Below are positions 6,339-14,451 of a stretch of DNA of 64,000 bases, piece after piece. Source of the DNA: a virus. The notes under the pieces are model-generated. The model was not told the DNA's origin, ran no database searches, and worked only from the letters and a program-made list of their open reading frames with translations. The stretch spans positions 5,046 through 69,045 of IMG/VR virus record IMGVR_UViG_3300050196_000085. One strand, 5' to 3'. The stretch's first letter is position 1, and each line of letters begins with the position of its first letter. A program made the position numbers and the translations under genes.

Positions 6339-6975
6339 AAAGTGTGTGTGGTAACCCATTTTGGCGGATATAATCATTTCGAGCATCTCTTGCTTGTTCT
6401 GGAGTATCATGAACCCCAAGATGGGTTCTGACATCATAAGAGCAAATACTTGCTGCCCAGCGTTTTCCAACAGCATATACACCTATGTATGGTGCTTTAG
6501 AGTTGATGCGCTTCTTTTTATTTGCCGCTTGGACATTTAAGTTTGCCCAATAGCAATTACTGGGTTCGTAATTGCCTGTAACATCATGACGCTCAATTGT
6601 CAGATCGTGGGAATATCCATTCTGAACTGCCCAAAAGGCAAATCCATCATAGTAAGTCCACTCTTTACAAACACTAATTCCCAGACCACCATAATATTGG
6701 TAGTCTGGTCTATTAGGTTTCGAGCACCTAGCGTGCATATTAGACCAAATTTGAAATAATCTGGTCCTACTTGCCCCGTGTATTGTGTTCACATCTCGTG
6801 CGTAACACCCACATGATAGTGTAGCCCCTCGTTTGAGGTTCTGCCAAAGTGCTGTGATAATTTTACCACAATCACATTCGCACTCTATAGCACGCTTTTC
6901 ACCTTGACGGGGCATCTCACGTAAGAGGGTTAAACGCCCTAGCTTAGTCCCAAAGGGGATAATGTCTTTTGCCAT
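6334..6975 (-). CDS. Free-standing HNH homing endonuclease with a C-terminal AP2-like DNA-binding domain
   Basis: LGRLTL..CECDCG..SCGC..TRLFQIWSNMHARC..YYGGLGISVC..LTIERHDVTGNYEPSNCYWA. AP2-like tail YIGVYAVGKRWAASI..HLGVHDTPEQARDARN. Confidence 0.9.
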   Translation of the reverse strand: MAKDIIPFGTKLGRLTLLREMPRQGEKRAIECECDCGKIITALWQNLKRGATLSCGCYARDVNTIHGASRTRLFQIWSNMHARCSKPNRPDYQYYGGLGISVCKEWTYYDGFAFWAVQNGYSHDLTIERHDVTGNYEPSNCYWANLNVQAANKKKRINSKAPYIGVYAVGKRWAASICSYDVRTHLGVHDTPEQARDARNDYIRQNGLPHTLS

Positions 6976-6979
6976 ATGC

Positions 6980-7801
6980 CTACTCCATAGAGATTATCTC
7001 TTCATCTGCAAGCTGTATCACCGCCTTGTTCCAAGGTGCTCCCTGATAGTTGACGTGGTAGCCCTGACAGTAAATTCGACCACGCTTGTCATACTTATGG
7101 GTCAGGTAAAACTGATTCCCATGTTCAGTGAGCGTGTCGATTACGTCATGGCAGGTGCGATCATACTTCTCGAAAGCACGCTTACGCTTCTCGAAGTCTT
7201 CCTTGGACTCACCCTCTTTGGGTCGGTCGAGATTACGCCAAGAGTTCTTGATCATCAGAGCAGTGTCACGATTGATCGTTAGCTTGATTTTGTTCTGCCT
7301 GTTAATGTGACCAAGGCACACATCATCGCTGTGATGATTCTTCTTGAGTATCACTGAGCCACGATTCATGACGTAGCCAGTGTCCCGGTTGGTCTTCACT
7401 TCCCTTGGTTCTATGACCATAGGCAGAGGAAACTGGAAGCGATCCAGCTCAGCTTGCACATCATCACTGATAGTGATGGCTACGACCAAACGCTCTTGGA
7501 TAGGATCCCAATGAGCAAGGTCGAGCACACACATCTTGTGAATCAGATCTGCTGCTTCCTGAGCAGTTGCAGTGTAGTTCCTTAACAGACCTACAATGAC
7601 GGTGAATTTGGCCCTTTTGTGGAGAGCCATCTGAACCAGAAAGGCGAATCCAAAGTCCAGTGGAATACCGTTGACCTCAAACAACTCAGAGAAGTTGAGT
7701 TCCTTACAGCCAGTGAATTCAGCCTTGATTCGGGGAATGAGCTGATTCTTGTTGTACAAGTTCTCAAGCTCAATCTGTTTCGTCATAAGCGCATCTTGCA
7801 T
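6980..7801 (-). CDS. RNA polymerase II subunit 1 (N4 gp15-like)
   Basis: FQFPLPMVIEP, FYLTHKYDKRGRIYCQGYHVNYQG (DxRGR motif). Confidence 0.95.
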   Translation of the reverse strand: MQDALMTKQIELENLYNKNQLIPRIKAEFTGCKELNFSELFEVNGIPLDFGFAFLVQMALHKRAKFTVIVGLLRNYTATAQEAADLIHKMCVLDLAHWDPIQERLVVAITISDDVQAELDRFQFPLPMVIEPREVKTNRDTGYVMNRGSVILKKNHHSDDVCLGHINRQNKIKLTINRDTALMIKNSWRNLDRPKEGESKEDFEKRKRAFEKYDRTCHDVIDTLTEHGNQFYLTHKYDKRGRIYCQGYHVNYQGAPWNKAVIQLADEEIISME

Positions 7802-7815
7802 CTGCTTACTCCTTG

Positions 7816-8220
7816 TTATGGAAACCAGTAGTCGTCCTCTGGATAATAATCCAAGTCATCATCCAATTCATGTTCTTTCCAGAACATCTCTTCCATGAGT
7901 TCTGCTAATTCATCCTCATGTTCTGGATCCATTGGCTCATCGTCATACCAATTTTCATCGATCCACTGCTCAAGCAGTTCTCGCTGCCATTCAGCATCTT
8001 CATACAGCTCATAAGCTATTTGAAGCTTGGCAGCAGCTCGTTGCTGTCGAGCAGTATAACGCTGATACCAACGAGAGCTGCCTACCCAGCTTTCATCCCA
8101 GCGATTGAGAATCGCATTACCGTGATGGTCTATGCTCATGCTCATGAAATGGATGCTAGGATAGCGTTGACGACTGGCTTTGCGCTGCCATTTCGGATTG
8201 GCTCTCCGAGTCCAGCCCAT
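7816..8220 (-). CDS. Hypothetical protein, basic N-terminus and very acidic C-terminus
   Basis: ORF track; coupled to the upstream stop codon. Confidence 0.7.
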   Translation of the reverse strand: MGWTRRANPKWQRKASRQRYPSIHFMSMSIDHHGNAILNRWDESWVGSSRWYQRYTARQQRAAAKLQIAYELYEDAEWQRELLEQWIDENWYDDEPMDPEHEDELAELMEEMFWKEHELDDDLDYYPEDDYWFP

Positions 8221-8453
8221 TAGAGTTCTTCAGTGATCATGGTGATCTTGAAGAGCTTGGTGGGTGCAACCTTGTCACCATGCCTGCTGACATGTTCTTT
8301 CCACCATTCGTCAGCACGCTCTGAAGTGTCGAATGCAGCTACGACACGTCCACGGCTGGTACGAAGCTGATACTCCGTCTTGGTCTCGATCTGACGAGTG
8401 TTGATCGGCTCACCATGAGCCTGAGCGGTGATGAGTTCTTCATTGGGGTGCAT
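8220..8453 (-). CDS. Hypothetical protein
   Basis: ORF track; GGAGG RBS. Confidence 0.75.
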   Translation of the reverse strand: MHPNEELITAQAHGEPINTRQIETKTEYQLRTSRGRVVAAFDTSERADEWWKEHVSRHGDKVAPTKLFKITMITEEL

Positions 8454-8470
8454 GAGCGTCTTCCTCCAAG

Positions 8471-8803
8471 TTATTGTGGTAGTACGAGAGTGATCTCGAC
8501 GATCTCCATGTCCTCACGGTGACGTGTCGGAACCTTTACGGCCCACACATCACCTTCATCATCTCCAAGAAATCGGCCTCGTAACCATGATTCCAAAAAG
8601 ATCTTGGCAGCACGCAGTTCAGAGAATGTCCTGATCTGCATATTCTGGGCGAAGCGTGAGCTTCCCCCTCTCTGGTGGCGAGGTAGGCTGAAATCCATTG
8701 GTTCATACCATGAGCCACCACGACCATCACGACGCTGAGGTCTGGGCAGATACATTTGCGTACCTTTACGTCTGATGGCATATTCTGTGACTGTGAGGGT
8801 CAT
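8471..8803 (-). CDS. Hypothetical protein
   Basis: ORF track; coupled to the upstream stop codon. Confidence 0.7.
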   Translation of the reverse strand: MTLTVTEYAIRRKGTQMYLPRPQRRDGRGGSWYEPMDFSLPRHQRGGSSRFAQNMQIRTFSELRAAKIFLESWLRGRFLGDDEGDVWAVKVPTRHREDMEIVEITLVLPQ

Positions 8804-9261
8804 TAACCCTCTCCCCAGAATTTGTGACGACCATCGCCGGATTCATTGAGCCAATGTTTCCATTTCAGGTCAAAATAGCAGTTTTCAGGTGCATCAGCGA
8901 ACATGCCTGCTACGTCGTGATGCTTTAGACCTGCAAGGCCACAGCCAATGCAAGTCACCTGAAACTGGAGTTCAGGATGACCACGAGCATAAGCAATGAA
9001 GCCTCTTACGTAGTCTTGGATATCATCTAAACTAAGTGTGTCACCGACAGTGAGACTCTCACGATTCCGACCTTCGTAATTCGGAATGACTTTGAAGCCC
9101 TTGGTGGGAATGGCAAAGCTATCTCCAAAGTGACCATAGCTCAGCCCCCAACGGGCACCACGTTCCTTGTATGCGAAACGAGCAGCACCACCACCGTGGA
9201 TACCGCCTTCGTTACTCCCGAACACAAAAACCATTTTCGAAGTGTCGATTTTGTTCACCAT
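8803..9261 (-). CDS. Conserved phage protein of the FVFGSNxxGxHGxGAA family (A1S_2505-like, macro-like fold by inference)
   Basis: VFVFGSNEGGIHGGGAARFA..SFAIPTK..FQVTCIGCGLAG. Start moved to the ATG at 9261 behind GGAG. Confidence 0.75.
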   Translation of the reverse strand: MVNKIDTSKMVFVFGSNEGGIHGGGAARFAYKERGARWGLSYGHFGDSFAIPTKGFKVIPNYEGRNRESLTVGDTLSLDDIQDYVRGFIAYARGHPELQFQVTCIGCGLAGLKHHDVAGMFADAPENCYFDLKWKHWLNESGDGRHKFWGEG

Positions 9262-9659
9262 TATTCTCCGATTGATTGGACACATGCTGCAAAGCAAGGA
9301 CGGTTGTCTGAAGGACGGTACAGAGTCTCAGATGCCCAATGCCAAAACAGTGTTTCAGGGTCATCTACTGCGTCCCTGCGTCTTGAGATTGGTTTGATGT
9401 TGCGACGAACATAAATGAGTAGTCCGTCAACGGCGAATGAGTCATCAATGGGCAAGATCTGACCATCAAACCTAATCCCACGAATGTTGGTTTCGTTGGT
9501 GCATATGTGGATCTCATCGAGCCTTCCGCTCCACTTGCATCTGACAAATTGACGAATATCACTGATTTGTCCTGCCGGTTCAGTAAAGAAGTTATCAGCC
9601 AGACGTTGAACCCAGCGTTTACCGTTCTTTGTGAAGTCTGCGATGACTGCATGAATCAT
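9261..9659 (-). CDS. Hypothetical protein
   Basis: ORF track frame; start moved to the ATG overlapping the upstream TGA. Confidence 0.65.
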   Translation of the reverse strand: MIHAVIADFTKNGKRWVQRLADNFFTEPAGQISDIRQFVRCKWSGRLDEIHICTNETNIRGIRFDGQILPIDDSFAVDGLLIYVRRNIKPISRRRDAVDDPETLFWHWASETLYRPSDNRPCFAACVQSIGE

Positions 9660-10027
9660 GAAGCCAGCTTCTCTATCAACCGCTTCACTACATGAGCATG
9701 GGTGAAGTAAGGTTGAGGCACACAACGAGTGGTAAGAATGACACCATTGCCAATGGCTTTGTTGTAGATGTCATCAAGAGCGATCATCACTTCTTGGTTC
9801 TGAGTTTTGACCTGTTCTTCAAGCCAGATGTCATACTCATCAACCTGATCGCTGTAGCTCTGGATGGTATAAGGACCATCTCCCAGATTGGTGCCTTTAG
9901 CGCCGATCCGAATGTGTGTAGGCATGGACAATGGACCGGTGTCCATATTGTATGTGCTGCTTACTGCTTGGGCACCCAGTTTGTTATCTGGGTGGTCTAT
10001 TTTTATGTAAGGGCCATCATTCCTCAT
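9656..10027 (-). CDS. Hypothetical protein
   Basis: ORF track; GAGG RBS. Confidence 0.7.
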   Translation of the reverse strand: MRNDGPYIKIDHPDNKLGAQAVSSTYNMDTGPLSMPTHIRIGAKGTNLGDGPYTIQSYSDQVDEYDIWLEEQVKTQNQEVMIALDDIYNKAIGNGVILTTRCVPQPYFTHAHVVKRLIEKLAS

Positions 10028-10052
10028 TGTTTAGGTTGCCTTTAGCCAGAAG

Positions 10053-10125
10053 TTAAAAAATCCCAACATTTGCTCTTTAGTTAAGTTGAATTATGTCAAC
10101 TAGAAAGTAGCAGTATGTTGGGTTT
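10053..10125 (-). terminator. Long imperfect hairpin followed by a U-tract
   Basis: CCCAACAT/ATGTTGGG closing stem with inner AGTTGA/TCAACT, then TTTTTT on the minus strand. Confidence 0.5.
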
Positions 10126-10198
10126 ACGTGACTATCAAAGACAGCCCCGTAGGGCAGACCTGTTAGGGTCTGCCCGTAAGGTAACTTGAATCAGCTTA

Positions 10199-10639
10199 TC
10201 AGCCAAAGTTGAACGGCAGTGGTGCCGTTGCATCTTCTTCAAGCGGTGGTGCAGCATCACCGATACGACGCAGTTCCACGCCGAGATTACGCTCGTTATC
10301 GAAGGCGATGATCTTAGACTGGCCCGGCTCCAGCTTGTCGGCTTCGCTTATGATTGCAGCGAGAAACCGGTTCTGGTCACGACGCAGCGTAGCCATGTTG
10401 GAGTTGCGAATACGGTCAAGATCAAAGGGTTCGATCTGATCGACGGGGATACCACGAGCAATGGTAACGAAGACTTGATCGTCTTCACCTTGCTCGTTCT
10501 TGAACCGCTTGATGTAGCCGAAGTTGATCCAGATCTTCGCCTCTTCATATTCGGTGCCATCTGCCTTGCGGCGACGGCCTGCCTGTGTAGGTGCGGGTTG
10601 ACGATTTGCGTTGGCAAAATCCGAGAGATTGAGGGCCAT
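10199..10639 (-). CDS. ssDNA-binding RNAP II activator (N4 gp2/Drc-like)
   Basis: AKIWINFGY, RGIPVDQIEP, DKLEPGQ, VELRRI match the N4 gp2 motif order and genomic position. Confidence 0.85.
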   Translation of the reverse strand: MALNLSDFANANRQPAPTQAGRRRKADGTEYEEAKIWINFGYIKRFKNEQGEDDQVFVTIARGIPVDQIEPFDLDRIRNSNMATLRRDQNRFLAAIISEADKLEPGQSKIIAFDNERNLGVELRRIGDAAPPLEEDATAPLPFNFG

Positions 10640-10674
10640 GTGTATTCTCCAAGTTGTTGTAGGTCAGGAACAGA

Positions 10675-10693
10675 CCCAAAAAGGCCGGAGGCC
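10675..10693 (-). promoter_or_regulatory. Putative virion-RNAP hairpin promoter upstream of gp2
   Basis: Template (+) strand CCC-AAAAA-GGCC-GGA-GGCC: C-GNA-G triloop hairpin with N4 P2-like spacing. Confidence 0.7.
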
Positions 10694-10744
10694 AAGATTA
10701 CTGCTTGCAAAAAAGACTTTTAGCGAAAAGCTTTGGTCTAAGAC

Positions 10745-11092
10745 TCATCCGACATATTGCTGTGTTTCACTAGCAGCCCAATCATCATCTTCAAAACGAC
10801 GACGATGATCAAACTCTTGTTTTACAGCCACTGGTTCAGGAATGACCACAGGCTGAAGATCGAGGCCGATTTGGTTGGTACGGTGGTAGATGTTTGCAAT
10901 ACGCAAATTGAGTAAAGTCATCATCGAAGATTTGACCTCATCATAGTTGAGGTCATCCTTGGTCATGATCATTTGACGACCGAAGAACTGAACATGCAGT
11001 TCGTTCGCATCAGACAACGCAGTGTGCTGTTTTTTGAGCACTCTGAGATCGTTGACGAGCTTGGCAGCTTCAGTGAGATGTTCAGGCTTCAT
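10745..11092 (-). CDS. Early hypothetical protein
   Basis: ORF track; AAGGAG RBS. Confidence 0.75.
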   Translation of the reverse strand: MKPEHLTEAAKLVNDLRVLKKQHTALSDANELHVQFFGRQMIMTKDDLNYDEVKSSMMTLLNLRIANIYHRTNQIGLDLQPVVIPEPVAVKQEFDHRRRFEDDDWAASETQQYVG

Positions 11093-11247
11093 GACTGTTT
11101 CTCCTTAGGTCCAAGCTTCGAAAGGACAAACAAATAGAGCACACAACATCCGAAGATGGTGGTGCCCCACTTGATTGACCCTTCACGAGTGCAGACGATC
11201 ATGAGCACGGACATGCACATGACGATAATGGGGAGAACATAACGCAT
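11089..11247 (-). CDS. Early small membrane protein (2 TM)
   Basis: MRYVLPIIVMCMSVLMIV..WGTTIFGCCVLYLFVL; AGGGGA RBS before 11247. Confidence 0.6.
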   Translation of the reverse strand: MRYVLPIIVMCMSVLMIVCTREGSIKWGTTIFGCCVLYLFVLSKLGPKEKQS

Positions 11248-11258
11248 AGTTAGTTCCC

Positions 11259-11396
11259 CTACTCGAACCACCACAGTTTGGTGGGACATGAAATGTTATC
11301 CTGCTCGCACAGGTTGGCCCAGTCGAGACGCATCATGTGGTCTGCCATAGTCAGAACCACGATGCAGGCGATGAGGGCAGTTAGGAACTGCTTCAT
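11259..11396 (-). CDS. Early small membrane or secreted protein
   Basis: MKQFLTALIACIVVLTMAD..; ATGA overlap with the upstream ORF. Confidence 0.5.
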   Translation of the reverse strand: MKQFLTALIACIVVLTMADHMMRLDWANLCEQDNISCPTKLWWFE

Positions 11397-11569
11397 GGGA
11401 AGAGCCTTTTGATGAGAGCAATGAAATTGCAAATCCACATGAACAGTAGGATCCAGAGGCAGAGCCTTAGACCATACCACCCAATAATGAGTGGTGTGCC
11501 ATCAACGTCCTGTTGGTTGCCGAGGAGCAACACAAGGACCATGATGAGGGTCATATTGATGATGGACAT
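11393..11569 (-). CDS. Early small membrane protein (58 aa, 2 TM)
   Basis: Read by hand: MSIINMTLIMVLVLLLGNQQDVDGTPLIIGWYGLRLCLWILLFMWICNFIALIKRLFP; GGAG RBS. Confidence 0.6.
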   Translation of the reverse strand: MSIINMTLIMVLVLLLGNQQDVDGTPLIIGWYGLRLCLWILLFMWICNFIALIKRLFP

Positions 11570-11681
11570 GCTGTATCTCCAAGTCGGGGTTTAGTGGAAG
11601 GATGGGCAAGCCATCACTCAACTTAAACTCAACACATGTTGGTAGTACATAGGTCCATAGTTAACTATCGGACCTTTAGGT

Positions 11682-11705
11682 AGACCGCAGGTCCGAAGAC
11701 CTGCG
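11682..11705 (-). terminator. UUCG hairpin after gp1
   Basis: CCGCAGGTC-TTCG-GACCTGCGG on the minus strand, just past the gp1 stop. Confidence 0.55.
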
Positions 11706-11715
11706 GCACAGTTGT

Positions 11716-12033
11716 TTAGTCCCCGAAGATGTTGTCGGGGAGATATTCAGTTGCAGCTTCGTACAACTTCTTGTTGGCATCGCTCTCACTGATGAAGTCA
11801 ATGACTTCCTTGTTGGATTGAGCGATACTGATGCGTGATTCACGCAGCAGAGTATCCCGGAAAGTCTTCCGATGGATGAGCTGACGATCCTTCTGATCGA
11901 CGGATGCCGACTCGACAAAGCGATTGAGCATGTTGACTGCACCAGATGCAGTCTTTGCAGTGTCACTGATGACACTTGCAGTGTTGCTTACGGTGTCCAA
12001 GATGGTGGACGCGGTGAGCTTGAGCGATGCCAT
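11716..12033 (-). CDS. First early protein (N4 gp1-like)
   Basis: TILDTVSNTASVISDTAKTASGAVNMLNRFVE resembles N4 gp1; first gene after the promoter hairpin. Confidence 0.8.
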   Translation of the reverse strand: MASLKLTASTILDTVSNTASVISDTAKTASGAVNMLNRFVESASVDQKDRQLIHRKTFRDTLLRESRISIAQSNKEVIDFISESDANKKLYEAATEYLPDNIFGD

Positions 12034-12072
12034 ATGATATGTCCTCTATGTGTGTGATGCAGGATGCAATCA

Positions 12073-12096
12073 CCTATACAGGCCGGAGGCCAGTAT
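12073..12096 (-). promoter_or_regulatory. Putative virion-RNAP hairpin promoter upstream of gp1
   Basis: Template (+) strand ATAC-A-GGCC-GGA-GGCC-A-GTAT; same 11-mer core as the gp2 promoter. Confidence 0.7.
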
Positions 12097-12280
12097 TGAT
12101 GGGGGCACCCCATCGTATTACGTATTCAAGTACCCAGGGGGGTACTTGGTATTAAAGGGTGGGTGCCCCACACACCCCCTACCATCAGACATACCAACGA
12201 AAATCCTGTATAGGCTCCCCCAAAATATATGCGGGATCAGTCTGTATATGAAAATATGTTGGGGGTTGGTTATCGTTCAA

Positions 12281-12314
12281 GAAAAAAGCCGGGGAGCGTA
12301 AGCTCTACCCGGCT
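12281..12314 (-). terminator. Rho-independent terminator-like hairpin
   Basis: AGCCGGG..GAGC-TTAC-GCTC..CCCGGCT followed by TTTTT on the minus strand. Confidence 0.5.
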
Positions 12315-12710
12315 ATTCCGATAAGGCTGCCACCCTATCTGTGACTTGAGGTCACTACTCTGTCAGATCAACCACCGCTGCTAAGCAGCCCCCGAATACA
12401 GTACGCTAATACTTTAACCGGAGAGGAGATCGGGCCTCTGACCGTGGAAGTTATCTGCCCCACTATCCACTGGGGTCATGACGCAAGATCCAAAGATCAC
12501 ACATCACCGACTGAGCAAAACGACATAACTCTGATCGGCGAGACATATGTGCAACAGGTGTTGCTACGATGCAAGTGGCTTTTCTCTTTTGGTTCCGAGG
12601 AGGGGGGCGTAGCCCATCCTCCGGGCACACTCCTTCATTTCCTTCCTTCATATAATTAAAGGGGATCGCCCCAGCAGGGGTGTGCTCGAAACAGGATTGG
12701 CCGTCCCGTA

Positions 12711-12739
12711 TTGTCAGACGACTATATATGACCTAAACT
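12711..12739 (+). promoter_or_regulatory. Putative sigma70-type late promoter
   Basis: TTGTCA-N17-TAAACT, ~30 nt upstream of the first late gene. N4 late genes use host sigma70 RNAP. Confidence 0.55.
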
Positions 12740-12769
12740 ACCTCTGTCACTGTGGTAAAGGAGTCACAC

Positions 12770-13522
12770 ATGAATAAGCCCGTCACCGAAGCAGAGTTGA
12801 TTGCCCGGAACCAGTTCCCCCGTGTCACTTTTGATCAGCTTCAGGCCAACATCGTTGGCAAGAAGTTCGTGCAGCATGATCTACTGACCATCTGTATTCT
12901 CACGCTGGCAAGTGGTTTCACCGTAGTCGGTAAGAGTGCTTGTGCCGTACCCGGCAACTTCAAGCTGGATGTCGGTCAGCGTCTAGCAGAGCATGATGCT
13001 ATCGGTCAGGTCTGGCCTCTTATGGGTTACGAACTCAAGAGCAAGGTGGCTTTGGCAATGAGTGCCACCGGCCCCAGCAACCCTGAGCAGAAGACTTACG
13101 TCGGAACCAAAGTGATCCATGCTCAACCAATGAGTAAGACCGAGTACAACTATTTTCGTGGTCGGGATATGCCTAAGAATGAAGACCCCAATGAAGATGG
13201 TTATCTGGTTGAATATCCCGACCAGAATTCAAACACACCACTATATCAGGGCTACGTCTCATGGTCTCCAAAGGAAGTGTTTGAAAAGTCTTATGACCTG
13301 ATGGACATTCGTGGTGAGGGTTGCATCGGTGGTCTAACGTGGCGTGATCGTCTCGTCATCGAGAAGGACGAGCTGCTGGAACGCCTTGATAAGCTGACCA
13401 CGTTCCTTGCTGGACCTCTCTTTTTAACCCTCCCAGAAGAACAGCAAGTGCTCATGAACAAACAGAAGGCTACTATGTCTTCCTACCTCACTATCCTTAA
13501 TCTCCGATTGGTTTGGGTCTGA
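12770..13522 (+). CDS. Three-module fusion: N4 gp49/Sf6 gp66-family domain + YVGTK..GYLVEY..SWSPK module + crAss001_48-like helical hairpin
   Basis: FPRVT..LTICILTLASGFTVVGKSACAVPGNFKLDVGQRLAEHDAIGQVWPLMGYELK; KTYVGTKVIHAQPM..DGYLVEYPD..YVSWSPKEVFEKSY; TWRDRLVIEKDELLERLDKL..QKATMSSYLTILNLRL. Confidence 0.75.
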   Translation: MNKPVTEAELIARNQFPRVTFDQLQANIVGKKFVQHDLLTICILTLASGFTVVGKSACAVPGNFKLDVGQRLAEHDAIGQVWPLMGYELKSKVALAMSATGPSNPEQKTYVGTKVIHAQPMSKTEYNYFRGRDMPKNEDPNEDGYLVEYPDQNSNTPLYQGYVSWSPKEVFEKSYDLMDIRGEGCIGGLTWRDRLVIEKDELLERLDKLTTFLAGPLFLTLPEEQQVLMNKQKATMSSYLTILNLRLVWV

Positions 13523-13527
13523 GCCGA

Positions 13528-13603
13528 GGACCGAAGCACGGGAGGGGGTGAGCGTAGCGGCGAAGCCAGCGTAGCGAATCCCCCGACCAAGTGCGATAGG
13601 TCC
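13528..13603. other. Cluster of GNA-triloop mini-hairpins in a branched fold
   Basis: GGACC/GGTCC, GCAC/GTGC and GGGG/CCCC stems enclose GC-GTA-GC, GGC-GAA-GCC and GC-GTA-GC. Confidence 0.6.
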
Positions 13604-13758
13604 GCAGGCGAAATCCGCATGTAAGTTGGGAGGAGTATCGGGGGACCAACCCACCCCTCCCAACCTTCTCGTGAGAGAAAACGGGGAAACCCAGAAACCC
13701 GTCCAAGAACCAGTGACCCGAAAGTCACAATGCCACAACGCTAATTATCGAGGGTCAA

Positions 13759-14451
13759 GTGAACGCCATTACACGAGCGGAAGTCGAACGAGCACTGCCC
13801 GCCAATCTCAAGCCCTCGGCCACCCAATCGCTGACGGACACTATCAACAACCTGACTTCCGATCCTATCTTGGGGGAGGAAATCCGAGGCAACTTCATCA
13901 CTTACGCCCACATCCTTTCGGAAGGAAAGTGGAGCACCGAGCAGTACTTGTCTGCCGTACAGTACGTGACGCACAAGCTCATGGGTCGCACGAACCAAGA
14001 CGCATACGCTCTCACTTTCCCACAACGCATGAACGATTTGATTGCGCGGGGAATGACATCGAAGGATATTAGTGCCTACGTCTCGGCTTACCACAAGAGT
14101 AAGTTGGTGAACGCGATCATGGAGAAGTGTCTGATCCCGGTACACGTCCTCCATGTGGACACGTATCATCAGGCTATTCGTGTGCAGGCCGACCTTATGA
14201 TGAACGCCCAGAGCGAAAAGGTTCGACAGGATGCAGCGAACTCAATCCTCACGCACCTCGCTACTCCCATCAAGCAAGCACCAACTGTGGCCATCCAGAT
14301 CAATAACAATCAGGAACTGGATGCTATGAAGAAGATGATGGCCAACTTGGCCGAAGTCCAACTTGGTGCTATCGACTCTGGAATGACCGCAAAGGATCTG
14401 GCCAGTCAGGTTCTGATTGAACACGAGACCACCACTGATGGCACTGATTAA
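13759..14451 (+). CDS. N4 gp69-like protein (putative small terminase)
   Basis: ALPANLKPSATQSLTDTIN..AVQYVTHKLMG..SEKVRQDAANSILTHL; lies immediately upstream of terL. Confidence 0.75.
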   Translation: MNAITRAEVERALPANLKPSATQSLTDTINNLTSDPILGEEIRGNFITYAHILSEGKWSTEQYLSAVQYVTHKLMGRTNQDAYALTFPQRMNDLIARGMTSKDISAYVSAYHKSKLVNAIMEKCLIPVHVLHVDTYHQAIRVQADLMMNAQSEKVRQDAANSILTHLATPIKQAPTVAIQINNNQELDAMKKMMANLAEVQLGAIDSGMTAKDLASQVLIEHETTTDGTD

